A stretch of DNA of 64,000 bases from Lachnospiraceae bacterium. Lineage in GTDB: Bacteria; Bacillota; Clostridia; Lachnospirales; Lachnospiraceae. Below, piece by piece: positions 1-10,487 of the stretch. The position numbers were made by a program, and so were the translations under genes. The number at the start of each line of letters is the position of its first letter. The first letter of the stretch is position 1. The notes below the pieces were generated by a model that saw only the letters and a list, made by a program, of their open reading frames with translations, did not search any database and was not told the origin of the DNA. Where the stretch lies: positions 6,815 through 70,814 of the forward strand of contig JAIKZI010000007.1 of NCBI GenBank assembly GCA_024682375.1, written 5' to 3'.

Positions 1-277
1 TGATACTTAACCTGTCAGCATCAAATCCATCCGAAAGCGCATACATCGCGCCATTTGCAACCTCATTCATAGTTCCATCGCCACCACAGGAGACGAATCG
101 AACCTCTTCATCATTGTTACTACAATATTCTCTAACAAATCTAGTCGCATCACCTGCTGATTTTGTTACATAAACTTCAATTTTATCCTTGTATTTTGAA
201 TTCTCAATCAATCTGCGAATATCAGATTCGTTATTTCTATCCCCAGAAATAGGATTGATTATAAAAACATATTTCAT
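1..277 (-). CDS. Diacylglycerol kinase family (YegS/BmrU-like) lipid kinase, N-terminal part; runs off the window start
   Basis: Hand translation from ATG at 277: MKYVFIINPISG...VSCGGDGTMNEVANG, giving the NPxSG and GGDGT motifs. Start overlaps the LysR stop (ATGA). Confidence 0.9.
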   Translation of the reverse strand, partial: MKYVFIINPISGDRNNESDIRRLIENSKYKDKIEVYVTKSAGDATRFVREYCSNNDEEVRFVSCGGDGTMNEVANGAMYALSDGFDADRLSI

Positions 278-1146
278 AACTTATTTTCCTCAAAATATTT
301 TCTTGCCGCTTTGATCACTGTCATATCCCGCTTTTCTCGAAGCCAGGTTGAATAGATATCCCAGGTCAATCCCTCATTTTTAAACGGAACGAATTTCGTA
401 TCTTTTATTTCAAGCTCTGGAAATTCCGGGGAAAAAGCAAGTCCCAATTTTTCTTCGCAAAATCTATTCAATGTCTCTCCATCCGCAGCCACGAGCTTTA
501 TATAAGGCTCGAATCCCTCTGCAAGACAGGCATCCTTTAGGTGATGATAAATCCTGAAATTCTCGTTCATAGAAATCATGCCTTCATTTCTTAAATCAGA
601 AATCTCAATCGATTCCTTCTCATAAAGCCTATGTCCTTTGTAAACAAGAATTCCAAGCGGAAGCTTCATCACAAGTTCCTGCTCGATTCTATTATCATCT
701 ATCTTTCCGATTGTAAGCCCGAAGTCGACCTTCGATGAAATCAGTTTTTCGATAAGTTCTCGGTTCTCATATTCAAACATTTGAACCAATACCTGATCAT
801 CATAGGAAAAAATATCCATCAGGGTCTTCATTTTAAAAGCCTTTGCGGCTCCATTCGCTATGGCGATTCGAAGTGAAAGATGTGTGTTATCGATATCCTT
901 TATCTTGTCGTGAATAATAGCCATGCTGTCCGTAAAATTTTTCGACCATTTATAAAAGGCTACCGCACTCTCCGTCGGAATCATTCCGCTTTTCGTTCTT
1001 ACGAAAAAAGTTGTATCGAATTCATCCTCCAAAGTTTTTATGATTTTTCCCAATCCTTGAGGCGAGATAAAAAGAATCTTCGCCGCCTCACGAATGTTTC
1101 TCTCTTCAAAAACCGTATTAAAATATCTAAATGATTTGATATCCAT
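274..1146 (-). CDS. LysR family transcriptional regulator
   Basis: N-terminal HTH (NIREAAKILFISPQGLGKIIKTLEDEF..FVRT), 290 aa, substrate-binding C-terminus. Confidence 0.93.
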   Translation of the reverse strand: MDIKSFRYFNTVFEERNIREAAKILFISPQGLGKIIKTLEDEFDTTFFVRTKSGMIPTESAVAFYKWSKNFTDSMAIIHDKIKDIDNTHLSLRIAIANGAAKAFKMKTLMDIFSYDDQVLVQMFEYENRELIEKLISSKVDFGLTIGKIDDNRIEQELVMKLPLGILVYKGHRLYEKESIEISDLRNEGMISMNENFRIYHHLKDACLAEGFEPYIKLVAADGETLNRFCEEKLGLAFSPEFPELEIKDTKFVPFKNEGLTWDIYSTWLREKRDMTVIKAARKYFEENKL

Positions 1147-1236
1147 ACTTCACCTACTTTTTAACAATTCACATCTTTACTATCTTATATGTTTTTGAGG
1201 ATTTTTTAAAGGTTGTAGGTATTTTTTTCATACATG

Positions 1237-1275
1237 AAAAAAATTCCCCAGAGGCAAATTGCCTCCAGGGATTCT
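1237..1275 (-). terminator. Rho-independent terminator after the enoate reductase gene
   Basis: CCCC-A-GAGGCAA/TTGCCTC-CA-GGGG stem followed by a T run on the minus strand. Confidence 0.75.
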
Positions 1276-1291
1276 TTTAATGAGGGTATAT

Positions 1292-3283
1292 TTAAATGTG
1301 GTTTGCAACTTCGAAGGCGTCCCAAATTGCGTACATGATGTTTGATACTTTCTTTGCATCTCCAAGTTCGAAAATTTCATCCATGTCGTATTTGAGTTCC
1401 TCGTATAAGCTGTTTTCGCTTGCATAACCAACGCAAAGTACTACGCTGTCTGCGTTTAATTCCTTTACGCCGTCTGAAACTTCTGCTGAAAGAACACCAT
1501 CTTTGTAACCAGTTACTTTTGCACTTGTGATTACATCGATGCCATTGAATGGGATAAGTCTTTCAAGCATTTCCTTGTTTGCTGAGCAAAGTGGTCCATT
1601 TACAGCCATAATTTTATCTAGTGCTTCAACGATTGTGACTTTCTTTCCCTTCTGTGCGAGGTCGAGTGCAAGCTCACAACCAACAAGTCCAGCACCTACA
1701 ACAACTACTTCATTTCCAGTTTCTTTCTGTCCAAGAAGTACCTGTTCAGCTGAGTATACATGCTCGTCATCTCCAAGTGAGAACATCTTTGGACGAGATC
1801 CTGTAGCAACGATTACGCTGTCGTATCCGCCCTTTCTAATTTCCTCAGCTGTGACTTTTGTGTTCATGTGTATTTCAACATTTAGACGCTTCAAGTCGTC
1901 TGTGTACCACTGAGCGAGCGCGATATCGTCTTCCTTGAACGAAGGTGCGCCACCAGGAATGAGGTTTCCACCAAGTCTATCTGTTGCCTCGAATAATACT
2001 GGCTCGTGTCCTCTCTCAGCAAGAACTCTGGCTGCTTCACAACCAGCAGGACCACCACCGATTACAGCAACTTTTTTCTTCTTAGTAATAGGATTTAACT
2101 TGTTAGTACGTTCTTTTCCTGCCTGAGGGTTAACTGCACAGTTGATGAGTGAGTAAGTCTGAATACGTCCCATACATCCTTCCTGGCAGCTGATACAAGG
2201 TCTGATTTCCTTGATTCTCCCTGTTCTAATTTTCTTTACGATGTCAGGGTCAGCAAGAAGTGGTCTTCCAAGACTGATCATGTCGCAAATATTTGTAGTA
2301 AGGCATTCAAGTGCAGTATCAGGGTTGTCCACACGTCCAGCCATAAGTACAGGAACTGAAACGTTGTCCTTTACAATCTTTGCAAACTTTCTATATGGAG
2401 CCTTTTCCATATACATTGGTGGGTGGTTCCACCACCAGGCATCGTAAGTTCCGGCATCGACATCGAGCGCATCATAACCAAACTTTTCAAGAAGTTTTGC
2501 AGCTTCAATTCCTTCTTCGATGTCTCTTCCCTTCTCTTCAAACTCTTCTCCAGGAAGTGCTCCTTCTCTGAAATCTTTTACCATAGATTTGAGCGAGAAT
2601 CTCATGGCAACAGGGAAGTCCCAACCACAAGTTTTTGCAATTTCTTCTCTAATTTCTTTTGCAAAACGAAGTCTATTTTCAAGTGATCCACCATATTCAT
2701 CAGTTCTATGATTGAAGAACGAAATAGCGAACTGGTCAATCAAATATCCTTCGTGAACCGCATGGATTTCAACACCGTCGAATCCAGCTCTCTTTGCATT
2801 GTAAGCACCTTTTCCGAAGCTTTCTACGATTCCTCTAATCTCTTCTTTTTCAAGTGGACGACATGTTTTATCAAGCCATCTATGAGGAATAGCTGATGCA
2901 GATACAGGTGGGAACTCTCCTAGGTTTGTAGGAATTGTAACTCGTCCGAATCCACCACTCATCTGTAAGAATATCTTTGAGCCATAAGCATGAACTCTTT
3001 CTGTCATCTCACGGCTAGTTCTAACAAACTGAACTGGGTTATATGTAGAATTAGGTGTATTTGGGAATGATGGTTTCTCAACTTCTGTGTCAGAAAATGT
3101 TACACCAGTAATAATAAGACCTACTCCGCCAGCAGCTCTTCTTGTGTAATAATCAATACCTTTCTGATTCCAACCACCTTCACAGTCACCAAGGCCAAGT
3201 GGTCCCATAGGTGCCATAGCATAGCGGTTAGGAATTTCAAGCTTACCGATTTTAATCGGCTCAAACAAATCTCTATACTTCAT
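1292..3283 (-). CDS. 2-enoate reductase-like flavoenzyme (OYE TIM barrel, 4Fe-4S, FAD/NADH domains)
   Basis: HAVHEGY active-site motif, CISCQEGC...CAVNP cluster motif, GGGPAG FAD motif. Overall resembles clostridial enoate reductases (Enr/FldZ) as I remember them. Confidence 0.85.
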   Translation of the reverse strand: MKYRDLFEPIKIGKLEIPNRYAMAPMGPLGLGDCEGGWNQKGIDYYTRRAAGGVGLIITGVTFSDTEVEKPSFPNTPNSTYNPVQFVRTSREMTERVHAYGSKIFLQMSGGFGRVTIPTNLGEFPPVSASAIPHRWLDKTCRPLEKEEIRGIVESFGKGAYNAKRAGFDGVEIHAVHEGYLIDQFAISFFNHRTDEYGGSLENRLRFAKEIREEIAKTCGWDFPVAMRFSLKSMVKDFREGALPGEEFEEKGRDIEEGIEAAKLLEKFGYDALDVDAGTYDAWWWNHPPMYMEKAPYRKFAKIVKDNVSVPVLMAGRVDNPDTALECLTTNICDMISLGRPLLADPDIVKKIRTGRIKEIRPCISCQEGCMGRIQTYSLINCAVNPQAGKERTNKLNPITKKKKVAVIGGGPAGCEAARVLAERGHEPVLFEATDRLGGNLIPGGAPSFKEDDIALAQWYTDDLKRLNVEIHMNTKVTAEEIRKGGYDSVIVATGSRPKMFSLGDDEHVYSAEQVLLGQKETGNEVVVVGAGLVGCELALDLAQKGKKVTIVEALDKIMAVNGPLCSANKEMLERLIPFNGIDVITSAKVTGYKDGVLSAEVSDGVKELNADSVVLCVGYASENSLYEELKYDMDEIFELGDAKKVSNIMYAIWDAFEVANHI

Positions 3284-3323
3284 TTGTCTACTCCCTCCAA
3301 TAGATTTAACATTAATCGCAATT

Positions 3324-3341
3324 TTGTTAATTAATTGACAG
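3324..3341. promoter_or_regulatory. Putative Rex operator upstream of the enoate reductase gene
   Basis: TTGTTAA-TTAA-TTGACAG against the Rex consensus TTGTTAA-N4-TTAACAA (2 mismatches). Confidence 0.45.
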
Positions 3342-3476
3342 TATTATAATAGCACAATTGTTTTTATATAAGTACAAACTAAATATTTCTACGGGGAAAC
3401 GGATAGTTTATAATAAAAGAATTTTTAAAAAGATACTTTGAGGAGAATATAAAATCCCCCTGCATCCTATAAAAGC

Positions 3477-3506
3477 AAAAAAGAGGTCTGCTACGCAGAC
3501 CTCTTT
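3477..3506 (-). terminator. Rho-independent terminator after the MCP gene
   Basis: AAAGAGGTCTGC-TAC-GCAGACCTCTTT perfect stem with A/T tract. Confidence 0.85.
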
Positions 3507-3516
3507 CATTCTTATA

Positions 3517-5232
3517 TTACAACGTAAACGAATCTTTGATATCCATAAGATCTGTTGAGTTGTCTTTTGTTGCAGCGACTACTTTTACTACTCCATCGGA
3601 GAGGTTTGCTACGTCTGTTGCCTTTTCTGCGACAATTGTTACAGCATTTGCTGCTTCTGCTACAGTTCTTGAAATCTCCTCTACTGACTGAGAAATCTCA
3701 GCTGTAGATTCCTGAAGAGAAACAATCTGCTCTGTAATATTGCCCATCGAATTTGAAAAACTCTTTGCATCGTTCTGATAATCATCAGCCACACCTAAGA
3801 ATTTATCATAGTCATCTGAAATATCTGTTTCGATATACTTAAGAGTTCTCTCTAAACATTCGCTCATAGCTGCTACTGAACTCTGAACCTCTGAAACGAT
3901 TTCCATGATACCAGCTACTGTATCACTTGACTGAGTTGCAAGAGAACCAATTTCTGTAGCAACTACTGCGAAACCTCTACCGGCCTCACCTGCACGAGCT
4001 GCTTCAATAGAAGCATTGAGGGCAAGAAGATTTGTCTGGTTTGCAATATCCTGAATTGCAGCAGCAAGCGTATTAACCTTCTCAACTGCCTTTGACTTTT
4101 CAAGAGCCTCCTTACCCTGGTCACTGATCTCAGCATAAATAACTTCTGTCTTACGACGAGCCTCAACTGTCTCAGCATGTATACGTGTTGCCTTGGCACT
4201 AATCTCATCCGCAAGAACGGCTCCAGCCTTTGTTTCTTCAGCGATACCATCTGCATTCTTCTTAATAGCAACAGTTCTCTCACTGATAACATCAGTAGTA
4301 GCTGAAGTCTCTTCCATAGAAGCTGCAAGTTCCTCTGAAGTTGCTGAGTTATCAGCATTAGCTGAATCGATCTCTGTAGTAATATCTTTAAGCTTAATTG
4401 CATGACCTTCCAAATCTGAAGACGTATTCGCAATACGACCTACTACATCGCGAAGACTATCTTCCATCTCGGCTACTGCTCTAGCCATAACACCTGTTTC
4501 ATCCTTATTCTCTTCGATATGAACTAAATCAGCATTGGCAGAGAAATCTAATTTTCCAACTCTCTTTACCACATCTGTGATAATCTGGATTGGCTTTGTA
4601 ATAGTCTTTGCTGCAATTATACTAATCAAAAGAATAGCAACAGCGATAATTAATGAAAGAATAATTCCCAAGTTTCTAACTTCATTAATTCCAGCTAAAA
4701 CTTCCTTTTCATCACCTACAATTACAGTTACCCAGCCTGTTGACTTGATAACCTTGTAAGCTGCATATTTTACAACACCATTCTCATCTGTATAGTGGAA
4801 AACAGCCTCATCTTTATAATTACCTGTTGGAATTTTTTCCAAAAGACTCTTAATATCTTCATTGAAAATTTCAGTTCCAACCTTATCAGATTTCTTATGG
4901 TAAAGGAATTTACCATTTCCATCTACAACATATACATAGCTTGATTCTATTCCGTCCAAACCTCTACCATCAAAAATAGGCTTTAGGGCTTCATAATCAA
5001 CATTTTTCTTACCCTTTACTTCAATTTCTGTCTCGACTAATTCTGAAGAAAGTGTAGCAATATCTTTCATATTGTTCTCACTAGCCTTCTGAACTGAAGC
5101 TCTTGCTTTTGGTATAATGTACAAAATATTCATGTTTGAAAAAGCAAAAATACTTACAAGTACAATTAGCAAAATCTTTACGTAAATTGAATGAATATTA
5201 AACCCACTCTTCTTTGCACCTTCTTTACTCAT
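3517..5232 (-). CDS. Methyl-accepting chemotaxis protein (Cache-type sensor, HAMP)
   Basis: [27 protein letters not shown] hairpin motif; two TM segments flank an extracellular domain. Confidence 0.95.
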   Translation of the reverse strand: MSKEGAKKSGFNIHSIYVKILLIVLVSIFAFSNMNILYIIPKARASVQKASENNMKDIATLSSELVETEIEVKGKKNVDYEALKPIFDGRGLDGIESSYVYVVDGNGKFLYHKKSDKVGTEIFNEDIKSLLEKIPTGNYKDEAVFHYTDENGVVKYAAYKVIKSTGWVTVIVGDEKEVLAGINEVRNLGIILSLIIAVAILLISIIAAKTITKPIQIITDVVKRVGKLDFSANADLVHIEENKDETGVMARAVAEMEDSLRDVVGRIANTSSDLEGHAIKLKDITTEIDSANADNSATSEELAASMEETSATTDVISERTVAIKKNADGIAEETKAGAVLADEISAKATRIHAETVEARRKTEVIYAEISDQGKEALEKSKAVEKVNTLAAAIQDIANQTNLLALNASIEAARAGEAGRGFAVVATEIGSLATQSSDTVAGIMEIVSEVQSSVAAMSECLERTLKYIETDISDDYDKFLGVADDYQNDAKSFSNSMGNITEQIVSLQESTAEISQSVEEISRTVAEAANAVTIVAEKATDVANLSDGVVKVVAATKDNSTDLMDIKDSFTL

Positions 5233-5265
5233 CTTGTTACATCCTTTCGTAAAACCTCACTGCAA

Positions 5266-7380
5266 TTATCTCTTCACGTTTTTCAGATTAGCATAGTATT
5301 CACTCTTCTTGTCGTACATCCTTCGGTCAGCAATTTTTGAAATCTCGACTATTGTATATTCTGGAAATTCTCTTTTTTCCACAAAACCAACTGCCAAACT
5401 TATATTTTTTACCAAATGCCCTTCCCAACTACTTAGTTTTTCATCGAGAACGACCTTGATATCACTAACTTCCTTTGATGATGCCTCTATTATTGCAATA
5501 AACTCATCACCACCTGTTCTATAGACATCTCCATAGAACTGAAATGCACTCTTCAAACAATCTGCGACACCGATAATCATCTCATCGCCCGCATCATGTC
5601 CAAGCGTATCGTTTACATTCTTCAAGCCATTCATATCCAAAGAAACATAACAAAAATCATTCGGCATTCCGTGCTTTTTTAACTCATTGAAACATTCCTC
5701 GTATGAACGTCTATTCAAAAGTCCAGTCATACTGTCCATATGAGCCATTCTGTCGAAAATTTTCTGGTTTCTCGTCTTGTTATAAATAATTACACTGAAA
5801 AAAATCAATGTAGCGAAGAGCGAAAGAATAATTGCAACTGTTTGAATGAAGTGAGTCTTCATAAAATCAAACAAAGTGTAATCTACATATCTTCCACTAT
5901 ATTTGTAAACACTATTTAAAGCATAATCATCTGTAAGAGTTCCCAAGCCCCTATTGATAATAGAAAGTAAAACCGTATTATTCTGATTTACCGCAAAACA
6001 TCTATCAGTGCCATCAGGAAGAGTCATAGTGGATAGATCTTCAAACTTCGTATCGCGGATATAACCGGAGGTTCTATAACTATTAACAACAGTAGCTGTT
6101 GCATTGTCTGTAGCAACTGCATTTATGCATTCTTCGATAGAATTAAAAAAAGCTATCTCCGAATCTGGGAAGTTCAACCTGACATAATTCAGCTGCGCTA
6201 TATTATTTCGGTTAACTGCGATTCTTTTTTTAGTGTCTTTTGTAAATTTTCCCTTAAAAACTAAATCCATCCCCGTCTGAATTACACTTCTACTTTGGAA
6301 TAGATTCATCTGCTCAAGATAATAAATATTATCCGTTGCGGGAAAAATGATGTCCAAATCGCCATCTTGCAAATCTTCTACAATCTTCTGCCCGTTCTTA
6401 TATGGTACATATTTTACCTTCACCTCATCATTAATTCCGAGATTCTTCAGTATTTTGGGAAAAATATCGCTAATAAGTCCTACAATCTTTCCATTCTTTG
6501 TTCCACAAAAAGGAAGGTAATCCTCATAAAATCCAATCTTTATAACAGGATGCTTTTTTAAATACTCTCTTTCTCTGGCTGTGACAGTTCTAATCGCTCC
6601 GCTAGTAGTAAAATATTTCTGTGTCAAAACAACTGTAAAATAAGGATCTTCAAGTTCTATTTGAGACTGTGCTTTATTTAAATCTGCCAAGAGATCTTTT
6701 CTATCATTTGTAACGCAAAGATACATATCAATATCTTTTACTTTTAAAAGGGGTTGAATTGTTTCAGAGGATTGAACCATGACAGATTCACCTATTGCAC
6801 AATCTACTTCACCGCTTTCCAAAGCTTTATCACGTTCAAAGGCATCTTCATAACCTACCACAGTAGCGTTTATATTTTTTTCCAAAAGCCAATCCGAAAG
6901 CGTAGTCAACATAGCGCCCTTCATAGCTCCGATCTTCTTTCCGGATAATGTTTCAATATTGGTTGTGACTGTATTATCACCGATTCTTGAATACATGAAA
7001 TAGCTTTCCTTACCCATAGGAAGATCAGGATAAAGCATTTTATCAACACGATCATCGGTATGTGCAAGTCCTGCTAAAAGATCAATCTTTCCATCCAAAA
7101 ATTTCTGATACAAATCAGCCCAGTCACCATAAACATATTCATACTTCCAACCAGTCAAAGATGCAATTTTCTGCAGATACTCATAAGCGTATCCCCTTTT
7201 CATACTCTTTTTAGAAGCACCTTCCTGAAAACTTGCGTTTTCATAATAGCCCACCTTTACCGTTTTTACCTCACTTCCAGATTTTTCGACGGCTAAAACA
7301 GGGCTGGCACAGGAAAAAATAAGCAAAAACATACAGAAAAAAGCAATAATCCTTTTTTTAGTCGAAATACGTAGTCTCAT
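5266..7380 (-). CDS. Diguanylate cyclase with tandem family-3 solute-binding sensor domains
   Basis: Signal/TM segment, two SBP_bac_3-like domains, TM, DSMTGLLNRR, DMNGLKNVNDTLGH and GGDEF. Confidence 0.92.
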   Translation of the reverse strand: MRLRISTKKRIIAFFCMFLLIFSCASPVLAVEKSGSEVKTVKVGYYENASFQEGASKKSMKRGYAYEYLQKIASLTGWKYEYVYGDWADLYQKFLDGKIDLLAGLAHTDDRVDKMLYPDLPMGKESYFMYSRIGDNTVTTNIETLSGKKIGAMKGAMLTTLSDWLLEKNINATVVGYEDAFERDKALESGEVDCAIGESVMVQSSETIQPLLKVKDIDMYLCVTNDRKDLLADLNKAQSQIELEDPYFTVVLTQKYFTTSGAIRTVTAREREYLKKHPVIKIGFYEDYLPFCGTKNGKIVGLISDIFPKILKNLGINDEVKVKYVPYKNGQKIVEDLQDGDLDIIFPATDNIYYLEQMNLFQSRSVIQTGMDLVFKGKFTKDTKKRIAVNRNNIAQLNYVRLNFPDSEIAFFNSIEECINAVATDNATATVVNSYRTSGYIRDTKFEDLSTMTLPDGTDRCFAVNQNNTVLLSIINRGLGTLTDDYALNSVYKYSGRYVDYTLFDFMKTHFIQTVAIILSLFATLIFFSVIIYNKTRNQKIFDRMAHMDSMTGLLNRRSYEECFNELKKHGMPNDFCYVSLDMNGLKNVNDTLGHDAGDEMIIGVADCLKSAFQFYGDVYRTGGDEFIAIIEASSKEVSDIKVVLDEKLSSWEGHLVKNISLAVGFVEKREFPEYTIVEISKIADRRMYDKKSEYYANLKNVKR

Positions 7381-7484
7381 ATCAAAATCCCCTTATTTAA
7401 ACAAAGTAAACTAAGGTTATTATATACTATGTATTTTTTTGAAAAAAGGATTATTGCTTTGCCAAATTTAAATATTAGAAAAAA

Positions 7485-9038
7485 TTAATAAATTCTAGTC
7501 GTCCATTTTGTGCAATCCCATACATCTGTAGCGATATCTTCATAAAATAGTGGCTCATGGCATACCATGATAATTGTTCCTCTATATTCTATAAGTGCAC
7601 GCTTCAATTCTTCTTTTGCATCCACATCGAGATGATTTGTCGGCTCATCGAGTACCAAAACATTGGACGGACGATTTATAAGTTTACAAAGTCGAACCTT
7701 TGCCTGCTCTCCACCTGATAGAACTTTTATCTTGCTTTCGATATGCTGACTTGTAAGTCCACAGGAAGCCAGTGCAGATCTGACTTCAAACTGATTGAAG
7801 CCCGGAAACTCATTCCAGATTTCTTCCAGACAAGTTGTATCGCTCTCAGGAGTTTCCTGTTCAAAGTATCCAATATCCATCTTGTCTCCAAGTTCTACTC
7901 TACCTGAAAGAGGTTTTATAATTCCAAGAATAGATTTAAGAAGTGTAGTCTTTCCAATACCATTTGCACCAGTAAGTACAATCTTCTGTCCTCTTTCGAT
8001 TGTAAAATCAAGTGAACTAGAAAGTGCCTCATCATAACCAATAACAAGTCCTTTAGCCTCAACTAAAAACTTTCCAGGAGTTGTAGAATACTGGAAATTA
8101 AATACAGGCTTTGGCTTCTCATGGACCTTTTCGACTCGTTCCATCTTGTCCAATTTTTTCTTACGAGACATAGCCATATTTCTCGTAGCAATTCTGGACT
8201 TATTTCTAGCGATAAAATCCTCAAGCTCTGCGATTTCCTTCTGCTGTCTGTTAAAAGCCGCCTCTGCCTGAGCTTTTTTCGCCTCAAACACTTCCTCGAA
8301 ATGAGAATAATCTCCAACATATCTTGAAAGTGTATGATCATACATATGATAGATGATATTTATAACGCTATCTAAGAAAGGTATATCATGGGATATCAGG
8401 ATAAAAGCATTCTCATAGTCCTGCAAATACCTCTGCAACCATACGATATGCTCTTCATCTAAATAGTTTGTAGGCTCATCGAGAAGTAGAATCTCCGGTT
8501 TTTCAAGAAGAAGTTTCGCAAGAAGCACCTTCGTTCTCTGTCCACCAGAAAGCTCCGATACATCATGGTCCAATCCTAAATCCAAGAGTCCTAGAGCTCT
8601 TGCGACTTCAGAGACTTTTGCATCAATCATATAAAAGTCATGACTATCGAGAAGTTCCTGAATGGTTCCAGTCTCTTCCATATATTCAGCCATCTCTTCC
8701 TCAGTGCAATCGCCCATCTTTAAATAGAGTTCATTTGCTCTTGCTTCTAGTTTAAAAAGCTTATCAAAGGCACTCTTTAATACGTCTTCTATAGTCATTC
8801 CTTTTTCAAGAACGGCGTGCTGATCCAAATAGCCAACAGAGATATTCTTTGCCCATTCAATCTTTCCTTCATCGGGCTGAAGCTTTCCTGTTATGATGCT
8901 CATGAAAGTAGACTTACCCTCTCCATTTGCACCGACTAAACCTATATGTTCACCTTTTAAGAGTCTAAAAGAAACGTCATCGAAAATTGCTCTGTCTCCA
9001 AAACCATGTGTCAGATGTTCTACATTTAAAATACTCAT
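7485..9038 (-). CDS. yfmM: ABC-F family ATPase (YfmM-like translation factor)
   Basis: Two ABC domains (GANGEGKST, LSGGQ; GANGIGKTT, LSGGE), no TM segments, 517 aa. Closely resembles B. subtilis YfmM as remembered. Confidence 0.85.
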   Translation of the reverse strand: MSILNVEHLTHGFGDRAIFDDVSFRLLKGEHIGLVGANGEGKSTFMSIITGKLQPDEGKIEWAKNISVGYLDQHAVLEKGMTIEDVLKSAFDKLFKLEARANELYLKMGDCTEEEMAEYMEETGTIQELLDSHDFYMIDAKVSEVARALGLLDLGLDHDVSELSGGQRTKVLLAKLLLEKPEILLLDEPTNYLDEEHIVWLQRYLQDYENAFILISHDIPFLDSVINIIYHMYDHTLSRYVGDYSHFEEVFEAKKAQAEAAFNRQQKEIAELEDFIARNKSRIATRNMAMSRKKKLDKMERVEKVHEKPKPVFNFQYSTTPGKFLVEAKGLVIGYDEALSSSLDFTIERGQKIVLTGANGIGKTTLLKSILGIIKPLSGRVELGDKMDIGYFEQETPESDTTCLEEIWNEFPGFNQFEVRSALASCGLTSQHIESKIKVLSGGEQAKVRLCKLINRPSNVLVLDEPTNHLDVDAKEELKRALIEYRGTIIMVCHEPLFYEDIATDVWDCTKWTTRIY

Positions 9039-9098
9039 AAAAACCTTTCCTAAATTTTATTCACAAAAACCAGAATATATTAGCATAATTTTTTCCGT

Positions 9099-9132
9099 AA
9101 AAAAAGGCAGAACCGAAAATCGGTTCTGCCTT
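9099..9132 (-). terminator. Rho-independent terminator after the DUF5692-like gene
   Basis: AAGGCAGAACCG-AAAAT-CGGTTCTGCCTT with a T tract on the minus strand. Confidence 0.85.
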
Positions 9133-9161
9133 CAAAATTATCGAGTTAGGAAAAAAGCAAA

Positions 9162-10280
9162 TTAAGCTCTTCTTGCCATTGCTTCTTCGTAATCCTTTGT
9201 ACCAACCCAAACTTCGTTTGCGTATGGGTTCTTGCCATTCTTAATAGAACGCTTGATGATAGCAGCCATAACTACTACGTTGATTGCGATTGCAAGTACT
9301 GCAACGAATCCCTGCATTCTAGGATCAGCTACGATGCCCATGTCAGCGATAGCTTTTCCAGCTGCTGCTGTCTTACCTTCGCCTGCATTGTAGATATCAA
9401 TAGCCTTTGAGTAAAGGTCCATAGTTGTGATTCCCTTTGCTGTAGCGTTTCCATAAACTGATGGAAGTGCTGCTGCAAATTTACCATCAAGCTGGAATAG
9501 AGGCACAACCTGAGCCCACATACACCAGATAGCAAGTGTGTTAGCACGGTTCTGGATCCAAGCACCTTTGTTCCAGAATGCGTTTGCAAATGTAGGTGCA
9601 AGAAGAAGTGCAACACCACAGTACCATGTATGAGTTGGAAGGTTCAAATATGTATATTCGAAGTTCCATACATCGTATGCAAGAATGAACATAACTGTCA
9701 TATCAGGCCAAAGCATATCTGACTTGTTCTTGTCGTTTGATGTGTAAAGATGTACACAACCTGTCATACAGAAGATGTTGATAAGACCTGCGATAGCGTT
9801 TAGGATATTCCACCATCCACCGTAGATGAATACACCTTCGTTTGAGCACCACCAAGCACCGCTTAAGTTTCCTGAAACCTTGTAAGCTGCAAGAGCTGAT
9901 TCCATATCAGAAACGTTTGCGATCATAATGTTAGCAGCTACGATGAGCCATGGGAACCAAGCAAACCATTTTTCTTTGCCAATGCCCCATTTGTACTTGA
10001 TCATCATGAAACCTACGCATCCGATGTCAGCTGCGTAAAGTTTAAAGTAGTGGAACCAACCATCCATGTAAGCAACTGTAGGGTTGTCATGTCCACCGAA
10101 CATTCCGCAATGAGCGGCGATAAAGTAAACAGTAAGAACAACAGGTATGATTACAAATACAAGCATACCGCCTACTTTTGTTCTACGACCAATCTCGTTC
10201 ATGATGATTAGACCTGCGAATACAAGTAACCATCCGAGCAGCTGCATTGCAGCATGGTCGCTGTAAAGTTGAAATAGCAT
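9162..10280 (-). CDS. Polytopic membrane protein of unknown function (DUF5692-like)
   Basis: About 9 hydrophobic segments; motifs GGWWNILNAIAG, WPDMTVMFILAYDVWN, WIQNRANTL; RBS GGAGGGA; codon usage typical of highly expressed genes. Confidence 0.75.
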   Translation of the reverse strand: MLFQLYSDHAAMQLLGWLLVFAGLIIMNEIGRRTKVGGMLVFVIIPVVLTVYFIAAHCGMFGGHDNPTVAYMDGWFHYFKLYAADIGCVGFMMIKYKWGIGKEKWFAWFPWLIVAANIMIANVSDMESALAAYKVSGNLSGAWWCSNEGVFIYGGWWNILNAIAGLINIFCMTGCVHLYTSNDKNKSDMLWPDMTVMFILAYDVWNFEYTYLNLPTHTWYCGVALLLAPTFANAFWNKGAWIQNRANTLAIWCMWAQVVPLFQLDGKFAAALPSVYGNATAKGITTMDLYSKAIDIYNAGEGKTAAAGKAIADMGIVADPRMQGFVAVLAIAINVVVMAAIIKRSIKNGKNPYANEVWVGTKDYEEAMARRA

Positions 10281-10314
10281 AATTCTTTCCCTCCTAATTT
10301 ATAAGAATTATTAT

Positions 10315-10332
10315 TTGTATATAGTTTATCAA
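10315..10332. promoter_or_regulatory. Putative Rex operator upstream of the DUF5692-like gene
   Basis: Minus strand reads TTGATAA-ACTA-TATACAA against TTGTTAA-N4-TTAACAA (3 mismatches). Confidence 0.45.
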
Positions 10333-10385
10333 ACATTAAGAAAAAATTAAATGGACAAATATGCATTTATGTTTACGTTTAATGC

Positions 10386-10419
10386 AAAAAAGCCTAGAAA
10401 TCAAGGATTTCTAGGCTTT
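10386..10419 (-). terminator. Rho-independent terminator after the HPr-LDH gene
   Basis: AAAGCCTAGAAATC-AAG-GATTTCTAGGCTTT with a T tract on the minus strand. Confidence 0.75.
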
Positions 10420-10487
10420 CACTGACCAATATTCATTTTCTTTCGAAACCGAAAATTTGAATTTGGTTTCTCTTTTTTAAAGATTTA

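Noticed and set aside
1527-2896. Plus-strand ORFs opposite the enoate reductase, and similar antisense ORFs throughout the window
   Set aside because: Shadow ORFs of real genes with biased codon usage; no family motifs.
1292-3283. Bilirubin reductase BilR
   Set aside because: BilR is marked by an HGDR motif; this protein has HAVHEGY, as in enoate reductases.
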